From sequence record NZ_KX832927.1: a stretch of 64,000 nt of DNA; one strand, given 5' to 3'. Of the stretch, positions 1 to 9,213 are shown piece by piece. The notes under the pieces are model-generated. The model did no database searches, was not told the DNA's origin, and saw only the letters and a list, made by a program, of their open reading frames with translations. Made by a program: the position numbers and the translations under genes. Each line of letters begins with the position of its first letter. Position 1 is the stretch's first letter. Source of the DNA: a plasmid.

Positions 1-15
1 GCGGGATTTATTTAT

Positions 16-2787
16 CTATTCATCTTTAACACTTAACCTTGTTTTCGCTCTTTGTCTAACTTCATCTAAATCTGTACCTTCAACCCCTCTGGTAAATCGC
101 TCGACAGAGTTTACTCGCTTTCCATCAGCATTGAGTGTACTTCCAGAACCCGTATATTTATCGAGGTCAAATTCTTTGAAATCAGGAAGCATGTCGGCTT
201 CTTTAAGAGTTGCGGTCCATTCAGAAAAGTCTATTTTGGTGAAGTCTACTTTATCCATATCTGCTAATGTAATTCCTTCACAATTCGGATTTTTTGTATC
301 ACCGTATCCTATTGTTCCTCTAACGTGCTCAGTGATTATTCTGGCTACCTGAGAGTTATACGCACAGTAGCTACTTTTCTTTTCGATACATGCGCCAAGA
401 ACCTTCTTAGAACACCAACTGTCTACCTTTGTCGCTAACTTAGTTTCTTTTTTGATTGCCAGTTTGAATTCTTCATCGGTACAAGCCCATATAATATTCA
501 CCAATAGGTTTGCCATTTGGTATGCCAAGTATGCATATCCGACAACTGACATGGCTGTTGTGATCGTTGATGAAAGTTGCACTACTGAAGCACCGGAGCT
601 AGCCCCTCCGTTTTCTGCTAATGATTGAGTTGCGGTTTTTCCGCCTTCAGTAGCTGCGGATTGGAAAATAGCGTTTGTAACAGCCTCACCGAAGGTGTTT
701 GCAGTCCATTCGGCAACTTTGGTTGTTAGGTTGTTAAGCGCTGCTGTTGTCATCGAGACAACGCCTTTTTCAGCGACTCCTTGAGCTACTTCAGCACCGG
801 CATTTCCGACAAAAGAGTTAAAAGCGGAAATAGCAGGTTTTGTAATAGCTTCCACCGCATCCATAGCTGCTGTGCTTGCCATATCAAATAAGCCTACACC
901 ACCATCAAACAACCCTGCTTCTATCGCTAAAGCATCTGCCGCTCTCATAGTCATCATTGAAAGCTGTACGTATTCTATCCAGCTCACACCGACCGGTTGA
1001 TCACAACAATCTACCCATCCTCCCATTGCCGTTCGGCATGTCAGAGCTTCACCTTTGAAAATGACACATTGCTCTTTATTCAAAGAAGATTCACCGTTGT
1101 TTGCTTCTTCTGCATCAGCACAATTAGTATCTGCCAATGCAAAAGATGCCGCATTCAACATAGCAGCCGCTGTTGCAAAATCACCATTCTCTTGAGATGA
1201 AGGACGTAAACATGATCCATTTAGACATTGTACCGCGCCGTCACAAATTAGCTTTTCATGGACTGCGCCATTATTAAAGGTAACATCTTTTCCACAATCC
1301 CATGTTTCACTAGATTGCCAGCAACCAGCAATATCACCTTCTTTTCCCGTTAAACATTGAGACTTTATAAATGAACAACCTTGCTTCTCGTATTTTTTAC
1401 ATGTGTTGTTAACTCCATGCTCTTTACCGCAATGCGTGATCACTTCTGCTCGCTTACAGAATGGAGATATTTTATCTAACGGCGGTGGCACGAAGTCCTC
1501 TTTACAGAGTTTGACACCATCTATGACAGCACAACCGTCTTTATCGGGGATTATTGTGTCATGACAAACAACAGTGTAATCCTGACAAAATCCTTCTTTA
1601 ATGGCTTTGACTGCCTTGTTAAATTCACCTTGCTGTGGCGAACTCCATACATCGTTAGTAAGTGCCTTTTTTTTATCAAATTGAATGCGTAATTGTGCAA
1701 AGCCTTCACCTGCACCAGTTACAGAAACTCTGTTTTTAAAAAACACTTCATCATACGGTTGGACCTTACTAAATTTTTCAGTCACATCAACATCTAATTG
1801 CTGGTCCCAACTTGTAGAAAGTTCGCAACGACCAGGAGTTTCAGGTGGAAAAACATCTTTTCCGTGTGGTCCACCCCATACCTGTTCAAGATCAGTGCTT
1901 GTACCAGCATAGATTTGCATGTAATCATCCCATTTAGCGCGGGTTATTTTTGCGCTAATAACAGCGGTTGGGTTAATAACATTCACAGACATATAATCTT
2001 CAAATATTCGGCAGTTACCTTTCCAGTAGTCATCACCTACTTTTCCTAACCAGATATCAACACATGTCTCCCCACAGGTTTTAATATTTGCAGGACCTGA
2101 ATTATGAGATACCAAACCTGCTAAATATGGATGATTAACTATGTAACCACCTGTCACATCGACTGTTTTTGTGCATTCCTTATAATCAGGTATGTGCTTT
2201 TTATCTACATAATCCTCAAATACCTGTTTTGTTTCGCATTTTGAAATAGCATCGGAATATTTTTTTTCATTTGAGAGAAAATCGTTATGAACATTAAAAA
2301 CATCATCATCTTTGTTAATGTCAATTGAGGAATGACGGGATGCCCCTACTAAAGTTCGGTATGCCTCTCCCTTGGGGCTTTGTTCTGTTTTAAGTTTTTT
2401 TGATTCATGAAACCCAATTTCATTTGTTTTGCTATCATTGCCATAGACGTTTGATACATCATCTACTCCCATAGCAAGGCTGTCTTTATAATAAATACTG
2501 TTAAAATTGACTGATTCACCTTTACCAAATTGTGAAGTACCTTTCGAGTCTACATTTAGGCTTGGTAATGTTTTATAAAAATTTAAAGCCTCTTTAGCTG
2601 TGTCATGACCAGCAGTAACTCCCTCCAAATTATTTTTATCTGTCTGATATTTACCTGTGTTTTCTGGAGGTGTGGACGGAACTTCAGCAAATGAGTTAAC
2701 GGGTGTTATCATCACTGAGATATAGGCTATTAGTGATAAATGAGTCACCACCGAAGAAAAATTTCTTCTCCTAAAATTTTGAATCAT
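16..2787 (-). CDS. traN: TraN, F-type mating pair stabilization outer-membrane protein (923 aa, expanded variant)
   Basis: N-terminal signal peptide and many Cys. The C-terminus 'CSKKVLGACIEKKSSYCAYNSQVARI...NPNCEGITLADMDKV' closely matches the conserved F TraN C-terminal motif 'CSKKVLGxCxEKKxSYC...DCRGITVDEL'. A 'WVDCCD' motif is also present. Confidence 0.85.
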   Translation of the reverse strand: MIQNFRRRNFSSVVTHLSLIAYISVMITPVNSFAEVPSTPPENTGKYQTDKNNLEGVTAGHDTAKEALNFYKTLPSLNVDSKGTSQFGKGESVNFNSIYYKDSLAMGVDDVSNVYGNDSKTNEIGFHESKKLKTEQSPKGEAYRTLVGASRHSSIDINKDDDVFNVHNDFLSNEKKYSDAISKCETKQVFEDYVDKKHIPDYKECTKTVDVTGGYIVNHPYLAGLVSHNSGPANIKTCGETCVDIWLGKVGDDYWKGNCRIFEDYMSVNVINPTAVISAKITRAKWDDYMQIYAGTSTDLEQVWGGPHGKDVFPPETPGRCELSTSWDQQLDVDVTEKFSKVQPYDEVFFKNRVSVTGAGEGFAQLRIQFDKKKALTNDVWSSPQQGEFNKAVKAIKEGFCQDYTVVCHDTIIPDKDGCAVIDGVKLCKEDFVPPPLDKISPFCKRAEVITHCGKEHGVNNTCKKYEKQGCSFIKSQCLTGKEGDIAGCWQSSETWDCGKDVTFNNGAVHEKLICDGAVQCLNGSCLRPSSQENGDFATAAAMLNAASFALADTNCADAEEANNGESSLNKEQCVIFKGEALTCRTAMGGWVDCCDQPVGVSWIEYVQLSMMTMRAADALAIEAGLFDGGVGLFDMASTAAMDAVEAITKPAISAFNSFVGNAGAEVAQGVAEKGVVSMTTAALNNLTTKVAEWTANTFGEAVTNAIFQSAATEGGKTATQSLAENGGASSGASVVQLSSTITTAMSVVGYAYLAYQMANLLVNIIWACTDEEFKLAIKKETKLATKVDSWCSKKVLGACIEKKSSYCAYNSQVARIITEHVRGTIGYGDTKNPNCEGITLADMDKVDFTKIDFSEWTATLKEADMLPDFKEFDLDKYTGSGSTLNADGKRVNSVERFTRGVEGTDLDEVRQRAKTRLSVKDE

Positions 2788-2945
2788 TTTCTTTCCTCAT
2801 GGTTTTCGGATCATTACATGATAAACACCTTACATTTCTATTTTTCAGGATAAATACTTAGAAAAGGGTTCTATTTAGCATGTAATTTTTTATGAAATAA
2901 GGTATGATTTAATCGTATATAAATTAATCAGTTGAGGGGGGCGAT

Positions 2946-3200
2946 ATGTCTTTTAATCACGGTTTCATATACAGACGACCGCGTTATTATCACTTCACCC
3001 GTTCGTGTAAGTGTCATGCGGAGAGAATGCAAAAAGCAGAACAACAAGCCGCAGAACAGCGTCAACACGATATTGATTTATATGGCTCTGCTTATGTTAG
3101 GAAGCGTGAAAGCGGCTCTGGTTTCGGTAGTTTTTTAGAAGATTATGGATTAGGTATTGCTATTGTCGTTTTTCTGGCGTTTTTTTTAATGCCAATTTGA
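2946..3200 (+). CDS. Small membrane protein (84 aa) between traG and traN, opposite strand. Positional candidate for entry exclusion (Eex-like); function unknown.
   Basis: Strong SD 'GAGGGGGG' 5 bp upstream of the ATG. C-terminal hydrophobic helix 'GLGIAIVVFLAFFLMPI'. Followed by a hairpin plus T-run terminator. In SXT/R391, eex sits directly downstream of traG. Confidence 0.4.
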   Translation: MSFNHGFIYRRPRYYHFTRSCKCHAERMQKAEQQAAEQRQHDIDLYGSAYVRKRESGSGFGSFLEDYGLGIAIVVFLAFFLMPI

Positions 3201-3220
3201 GTAACGCAGATCATAAAGAT

Positions 3221-3252
3221 AAGGCAAAAACACAATGTTTTTGCCTTTTTTT
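3221..3252 (+). terminator. Rho-independent terminator after the small + gene
   Basis: Hairpin 'aaggcaaaaacacaatgtttttgcctt' followed by a T-run. Confidence 0.5.
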
Positions 3253-3259
3253 ATGTCCG

Positions 3260-6200
3260 TTATCGCGGTTTAATTTGTTCTACTCTTGGCATTGGGTTAC
3301 CTTTTGTAATAATTGCTTTATCTTCACCTGAACCTTCTGATTTTTCAGGTTTCTCTGGTATAGAACTAGGTGATAGATCTGTACCGATAATTATGTCCCT
3401 ACGACTTCTTTGTGGAATTTGATTGCCATTACCACCTGCTAACGTGTTGTTGGTTATGTTTAATTGAGTATTCCCAGAACCCGTTCTTGCTTCAATTTGC
3501 ACATTATTAAGTGCGCTGTAAAGTTGGTCACGGCTGGCATTACCGCCATTTTCATAATATGTATTTGCGAAATTTGTTGCTGCTTCATTTATTTGATTAA
3601 TAGAAGTGGAATTTTTAGCAATAGCTGCGTATTGTGCTAGTCCGTCTGTAATATTGTTGGACTGTTCATACGGCATAGCCACTGTGTTTACTGGCTTCAT
3701 AGAATTTAAATTTGCCGTTGTATCTGATTCTATGTTGTTTTGATCTGCACCCACGTTACTAACTGAATTGTTCAATGCATTCATGCTTGCAGCAACACTT
3801 GTGCCATCATTTGAAATCATTCGAGAGCTATTTTCTGATACAGAACTTCCATGTAATTGTTCTCTAGCCATCTTAGATTCTGAATAATGCTCAGACATTC
3901 CTAGTCCTGCACTATTTTTAGCTGAAACATCTTCTACATTAGTCTGTTGGCTGTTTAAGAACTGTTGGGCTTGAGCTGTAGTATTACCGAATTTGGTATT
4001 AACAGCCCCCTGAGTGCTGGAAATATTGCCTTGAACTTCCGATGCAGTATTTTGTGCAACATTCATGTTTCTACTTTCTTCGCCATTCATAGCACCAGTA
4101 GGGTTTGTAGCAGGACCGAACAATTCTCCAAAGTGGTTAACTAAACCGCCAGTATCGTTTGCTGCATAAATTGTCGCCGCGCTTTCTGCGTCCGATGCTC
4201 CCATAATGGAACTAAGCTGCTGTTGATATTCTTTTTTTCTGTTCTGGAATTCATCATTACTTAGATTTTCATTATTGATTTTGTCTACAACATTACTGTT
4301 TTCATTTGCTAAATTTGCTACCTGACCTGCGGTATAAGACTGTTTTGTAGATACAGAATTATTAGCAGAAACAGTCTCACTATATGATTCTTGGGCTGTT
4401 TCTGCTTGCGAGGCGGCTTGTCTGATACTTTGTGCTAGTTGTGCTGACTCTTGAGTACCACCATGTTTATCAAGTTGATCCGCAATGTGTTCAGCAAATT
4501 GAATATTATTGGATAAACTGGTTGCATCATTCGTTGCAACTGAGTCATTTGTCATTATGCCGGTTGTTTGAGCTCCAGAATTACGGTGAATATCGGAGGA
4601 TTGAGCACTAACGGCAGCGCTACCGCCAATAGAAACGCCTTTACCACCAGAGCCACCAGCTCCACCAGTATCCGGTGAACCTACGCCCATACCACCTGAT
4701 ACGCTTGCGTCACCGGATAAAGCGGTAATTTTTGCGCTCTCATCAATAGTAGAGGATGTGTTACCAGTTGTGATCATTGAGCCATTATTGGATGAATTGC
4801 TAACTGTATTGCTCAAACCGGTATCACTATTGATTGTAGATCCGTAGTTATGAGATGTATTTATCCCCATAGAACTCAAAGAACTAACACCTTTATCAAT
4901 AGCTGAAGTTAAGGTTTCTTGAGCTGTAATATTTCTACTGGAAGCAGATTGTATAGCTTGTTGTCGCGTATTTGATAAGTCCAGTTTTGGAGCAGTGCTA
5001 TTCCCGCCTGTTATCGTTGATACTGCATTATGTGCTGATTGTTCAGTAACTGCTGATTGCTTGTGTAAAGCTGGAGAATCAGTAGCATCTGGAGTCATTG
5101 GTGACGTATCAGGAGCACCTGTTGTTGATAGACCTTTTGTTAACCCCGTGAAAGCATAAGAGGAACCAAACACGACAAATGCGCCCAACATCGGTACTGA
5201 TGCCATCATGTGCCCTGCAATGGCGATATTTTTCTGTGTAACAAATAACAAATGGTATAAATCGGAGAAACTAGAAGCACCAGAAACCAGCACTGAGATA
5301 TCAGACTGTGTTTTAGTTAACATAATAGCGTTCATGATCGCAAGTAACGGTTGCCATGTTTGAATCCACAAAAGCACCAGAACGTATTTAAGGCTCAAAC
5401 CTACGCCCATTAATCCGAATGCTAAAGCGAAGGCAACAAATGGCACCAGACCGTATACAGCCGCCTGTATAAAAGACTGAAGATATTGAATCCAAATTAG
5501 AAATGACGAACCTTCAGACGCCCATTTGAATGATTGTTGAATTTGAGACTGTGATTTAGCGACCGCCGCATAGGAGTGATAGGCGTTTTCATTAGCGGTT
5601 TGAGGCATATTAACAACGAACGGGTACATTAATAACTGCGCTTGAAAATCACGTAGGTTTTTCCCTGTAGCCCCAAAAAATGTCATTGCTTCAGTCATGG
5701 TCTGGTTTGCAAATGGAAGTGAACACTGGTTCTTTGAGCCGTATGTTTTACATTTTTCACTAAACCCATTTCTTACACTGAGCACACCTTTACCGATTGA
5801 GTCAGCTTGCCCGCCAACCATAAGCCTGATACTTTTCATTGCCTCAAGACAGGACACATCATCAACTTTACCGTTTACTTCAATGGCAATAGTTCTGTTT
5901 GGGCTTGTTGCTAGTTGATCATCAAATGGCTTATTCATGATTCCCATGAAACTTTGAGCCCCTCTTGCAATATCAAATGCAAGGCATTGGTTTGTATAAA
6001 CCTTTATAGCTTCCTCTAAGTGAGCACTTTTACTATCGCCACTGGACCAAATTAACGGATCTCGCATTGCATCAAACATTGATGCAAGGGTATACAATGG
6101 GTCAACGGGACCGTTTTCAGTCATGCTTGGCATTGAAAATGCCTGTTCCATTTTTCGTGTAAACTGATAACCAGTATTGCTGATAATTGATGCTGTAAAA

Positions 6201-6502
6201 CCAACACCGAAAGGTACATTATCAACAGCCCGTACTTCGCCGGTTGTAACATCTTCAATCGTGACTCTTGTTGTAACTTGAAAGAAGCATAAAAATAGAA
6301 CTACTGATACGGCAGCTTGTTGAAATGCTATGGTTCTACCACCATCAGCGGCAGATTTTATTACATATCCGATGATGGATAACAAAAAAGCGATTTTAAA
6401 TGATCCTGCCAAGACACCATCGTTACTGAGCATACTAAGCCCGTTAAACACCATTGAAAGCGCCGAAGCTCCACCAGATGATGTGTATACGTGAAAATCC
6501 AT
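3260..6502 (-). CDS. traG: TraG, F-type pilus assembly and mating pair stabilization protein (1080 aa)
   Basis: N-terminal polytopic membrane region typical of TraG_N, followed by a long Ser/Asn/Gly-rich periplasmic C-terminal region. Synteny traF-traH-traG. Confidence 0.85.
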   Translation of the reverse strand: MDFHVYTSSGGASALSMVFNGLSMLSNDGVLAGSFKIAFLLSIIGYVIKSAADGGRTIAFQQAAVSVVLFLCFFQVTTRVTIEDVTTGEVRAVDNVPFGVGFTASIISNTGYQFTRKMEQAFSMPSMTENGPVDPLYTLASMFDAMRDPLIWSSGDSKSAHLEEAIKVYTNQCLAFDIARGAQSFMGIMNKPFDDQLATSPNRTIAIEVNGKVDDVSCLEAMKSIRLMVGGQADSIGKGVLSVRNGFSEKCKTYGSKNQCSLPFANQTMTEAMTFFGATGKNLRDFQAQLLMYPFVVNMPQTANENAYHSYAAVAKSQSQIQQSFKWASEGSSFLIWIQYLQSFIQAAVYGLVPFVAFALAFGLMGVGLSLKYVLVLLWIQTWQPLLAIMNAIMLTKTQSDISVLVSGASSFSDLYHLLFVTQKNIAIAGHMMASVPMLGAFVVFGSSYAFTGLTKGLSTTGAPDTSPMTPDATDSPALHKQSAVTEQSAHNAVSTITGGNSTAPKLDLSNTRQQAIQSASSRNITAQETLTSAIDKGVSSLSSMGINTSHNYGSTINSDTGLSNTVSNSSNNGSMITTGNTSSTIDESAKITALSGDASVSGGMGVGSPDTGGAGGSGGKGVSIGGSAAVSAQSSDIHRNSGAQTTGIMTNDSVATNDATSLSNNIQFAEHIADQLDKHGGTQESAQLAQSIRQAASQAETAQESYSETVSANNSVSTKQSYTAGQVANLANENSNVVDKINNENLSNDEFQNRKKEYQQQLSSIMGASDAESAATIYAANDTGGLVNHFGELFGPATNPTGAMNGEESRNMNVAQNTASEVQGNISSTQGAVNTKFGNTTAQAQQFLNSQQTNVEDVSAKNSAGLGMSEHYSESKMAREQLHGSSVSENSSRMISNDGTSVAASMNALNNSVSNVGADQNNIESDTTANLNSMKPVNTVAMPYEQSNNITDGLAQYAAIAKNSTSINQINEAATNFANTYYENGGNASRDQLYSALNNVQIEARTGSGNTQLNITNNTLAGGNGNQIPQRSRRDIIIGTDLSPSSIPEKPEKSEGSGEDKAIITKGNPMPRVEQIKPR

Positions 6503-6521
6503 TACTGATTACTCCGATTGA

Positions 6522-7931
6522 TTATTGAGCGTTCACACCATCTGGAACGTGAATTGGTTTCGTACCAACCATGAATGTATTAAATATTTCGTTTATTCTG
6601 ACTAAACCACCATGCTTAACAATGTAACCATCATGTATTTGTCGAAGGGTTACTTTTGCATCTCGTATCATTTCGCGCTGTTTTTTTATATGAGCAAAAA
6701 TAGGTTCCTCATTGTTTTCTATAATTCTATCTGCACTGCTTTCAGCGGCAGTTAACATATCGTTTAAATATACGAAAGCTGCTTCATAACTAATTATTTC
6801 TGATATATTTCTGTAATAGTGCATTGCTCTAGTAGTATCTTGACCATCTATTAATTTGTAGCCATTAGTGACAGCCCCATTAACATTGAAAAACAATACT
6901 TTTTGTTTTATGTTTTCAGCAGGTTTCTCATTGCTTATATATTTTTGAAGATAGTTATATTTTTCAAATATATCTAAGAATTGAGTCTGAAGCCCATCAA
7001 CCTTAATTTTCTTTGGTGCTGGAGCTATGCAGGTGTCTTTTGATGTACCACAGCCATAGATTTGAACATTTTCTTTTTCTTTTGAGCCTTTCATCAATAG
7101 TTCATAGACTTCCTCAATAGGAATGGGAGCAATTGTTTGGTGCAATATAGGAGTGGATTTGTCATTAGATTGTGTGGCTTCTTTTACAATAACCATACCA
7201 GTCAAACTCATAACTAATTCCTTTTGTTCGTCCGTAGAATTTAAAAATCCACTATTAAATCCACCTTTACTTAATAAACACCACATTACATTACCGTAGT
7301 GAGTACACGGTTTTGTTAAACCGGCTTTTTGTGCTGCCATCATTGGCGGTTGTTTACCTAACACCTCGGATTTATAGCTATTGAATGAATCCTGAATACC
7401 TTTAGATGAAAGCTGTGCAGACACTGACGTTTTCATTTCTTCGCTAATTGCACCTGCCATATCTACCATTAAGCCTTTTGATAATTGACATGAGTTGGCG
7501 GTGTATTCATTCAGCTTTTGTATGATGGATTGTAGTTTTGATAACTCCCCTCCCAGTACGGCATCCATAGCGTTAATAGCCAACTGAAATGCCAGTCCGA
7601 CAGAGTTAGCCGCGATATTTCGGAGCAATTGAATAAATTCTTCCGTGTTAATGAAACTGAATGATCCAGCAAAGAAATCAATACCGGCGCATCCACCAGA
7701 TGCTTTAGGTAACGTTACGTTAACGGGTGTAAGGGTTCGTAGCTGATTACGGACCACGAAGCCCCCTCCTACGTACCCCTCGCGAGTAACACTCTTATAA
7801 GAACCACCGCTGGTTGTGTTCGACATAGAGCCAAACATCTTATTTAATTGCTCGTTTACATCAGCGGATTGACTAATAGGAGTAAATCCGAAAAGAGCGG
7901 TAACAACCAAACTTAATAATGTCTTTTTCAT
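6522..7931 (-). CDS. traH: TraH, F-type pilus assembly protein
   Basis: Signal peptide. Strong match to the F TraH block 'TLPKASGGCAGIDFFAGSFSFIN...' (F: 'TLPDINAGCGGIDAYLGSFSFIN'). Confidence 0.88.
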   Translation of the reverse strand: MKKTLLSLVVTALFGFTPISQSADVNEQLNKMFGSMSNTTSGGSYKSVTREGYVGGGFVVRNQLRTLTPVNVTLPKASGGCAGIDFFAGSFSFINTEEFIQLLRNIAANSVGLAFQLAINAMDAVLGGELSKLQSIIQKLNEYTANSCQLSKGLMVDMAGAISEEMKTSVSAQLSSKGIQDSFNSYKSEVLGKQPPMMAAQKAGLTKPCTHYGNVMWCLLSKGGFNSGFLNSTDEQKELVMSLTGMVIVKEATQSNDKSTPILHQTIAPIPIEEVYELLMKGSKEKENVQIYGCGTSKDTCIAPAPKKIKVDGLQTQFLDIFEKYNYLQKYISNEKPAENIKQKVLFFNVNGAVTNGYKLIDGQDTTRAMHYYRNISEIISYEAAFVYLNDMLTAAESSADRIIENNEEPIFAHIKKQREMIRDAKVTLRQIHDGYIVKHGGLVRINEIFNTFMVGTKPIHVPDGVNAQ

Positions 7932-7946
7932 TACGAAATTAGCCTT

Positions 7947-8978
7947 TTAAGGTTTTATAACTTGAGATCGTTTTTGGATATATTCAACAAATAGAATTGG
8001 GTCATTTAAAATATCGTCTGGCATATCTTTGATTATGTCGCTGTCAATATATCCATTGTGATTAAGGGGAAGTGTGCTTGTGTAATCTTGTTCAGAAATT
8101 AGTTTTGCATCTTTAGCAATCAACACAGTGCGTTCCTTCAGAGAATCACTACTGATAGCGCTAAACGAAATGATTCTGATATCTTTAGGCGGTATGGCTA
8201 ATGCAATCGCCGGTACATTAGTAATTCCAAGTTTTTTGGCTTGACCGGTATCAATTTTCATATTGTTAAATTCATTTTGAGGTAGAGGGAGACCATCAAC
8301 AGAAATAGGAATTACATTTATGCTGGTTTCATGACTAAATGTTTTTAAAACGAAGGCTTGCTTCTCACATAAAGGACAGTCCTTTCCTTTAAAAAAGAAA
8401 AAGATACCTGCTTTACTTGAAATGCTATTCAAGACACGTCCTCTGTTTTCGTCAGCTATTCGTGTTTGCTCCATAGCCGCAAATGAGGATGTGGATCGGC
8501 GATTGTTTTCATCAATGAACGGATCAGTAGTAGTTACCAGTCTCGCCATATCTGCATAACGACTGGCTTTGTCAAGCATGATCCGTTGCACGTAATAGTA
8601 TCGCCTTACATTCTCTTTAGTCGGATTATCAATTGCATCATCTCGTAGCTTCTGAATGTTCTCCCGATACCATTTAACCGTAAATTTCGGCTCTGGTGCA
8701 GGAGCTGGCGCTGGTGTTAGTTTTGGTTCGAGTGGCTTAGGTTTTGGTGTATCTGGTTTTTGTTTAGTTGGAATGATTGGCTTTGGTTTCGCGACTTGCT
8801 TTTCATTATAGAAAAACCACCCTTCATCTTTTTTTTCCAAGTCTTGTACACTTCCACCAATTACCTGCTCAGAATCATCGTATGCTTTCTTAGGCTCTTG
8901 ATTTGCCAAAGAATAACCTGTTCCTGAAATTGAAATAGCCACAATTACAGCCATAGATAAATATTTATGTTTTCTCAT
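7947..8978 (-). CDS. traF: TraF/TrbB-family thioredoxin-fold conjugal pilus assembly protein with a CPLC active-site motif
   Basis: Signal peptide, Pro/Lys-rich linker, C-terminal thioredoxin-like region with 'GKDCPLCEKQ'. Lies immediately upstream of traH-traG. Confidence 0.72.
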   Translation of the reverse strand: MRKHKYLSMAVIVAISISGTGYSLANQEPKKAYDDSEQVIGGSVQDLEKKDEGWFFYNEKQVAKPKPIIPTKQKPDTPKPKPLEPKLTPAPAPAPEPKFTVKWYRENIQKLRDDAIDNPTKENVRRYYYVQRIMLDKASRYADMARLVTTTDPFIDENNRRSTSSFAAMEQTRIADENRGRVLNSISSKAGIFFFFKGKDCPLCEKQAFVLKTFSHETSINVIPISVDGLPLPQNEFNNMKIDTGQAKKLGITNVPAIALAIPPKDIRIISFSAISSDSLKERTVLIAKDAKLISEQDYTSTLPLNHNGYIDSDIIKDMPDDILNDPILFVEYIQKRSQVIKP

Positions 8979-9127
8979 TGAAATTCACTTATGTTTGATG
9001 TCAGCGACCTAATAAAAATGTTTTGCATTAGGAAAACACTGTTTTTATTCAGTTTTTACATGGAAAATATTTGTATTTTATATTTGCAAAAATTATTTTT
9101 TCTTGTATTAAAGTGATAAATTTCAAG

Positions 9128-9158
9128 CAAAAAAAAAGCCTCCGATGAGGGAGGCTTT
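9128..9158 (-). terminator. Rho-independent terminator downstream of the VWA-protein gene
   Basis: Inverted repeat 'aaagcctcc gatgag ggaggcttt' followed by a 9-nt T-run on the minus strand. Confidence 0.55.
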
Positions 9159-9213
9159 ATAGTTGTTTTCAGTGAAGCAAATTTGGGGTAACAACGCGAA
9201 AAGTAACCTTTCA

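Noticed and set aside
131-2049. Small + strand ORFs (67–83 aa) inside traN and similar antisense ORFs inside traG, traC, traD and traI
   Set aside because: They are nested antisense to long, well-supported genes and have no ribosome-binding sites.
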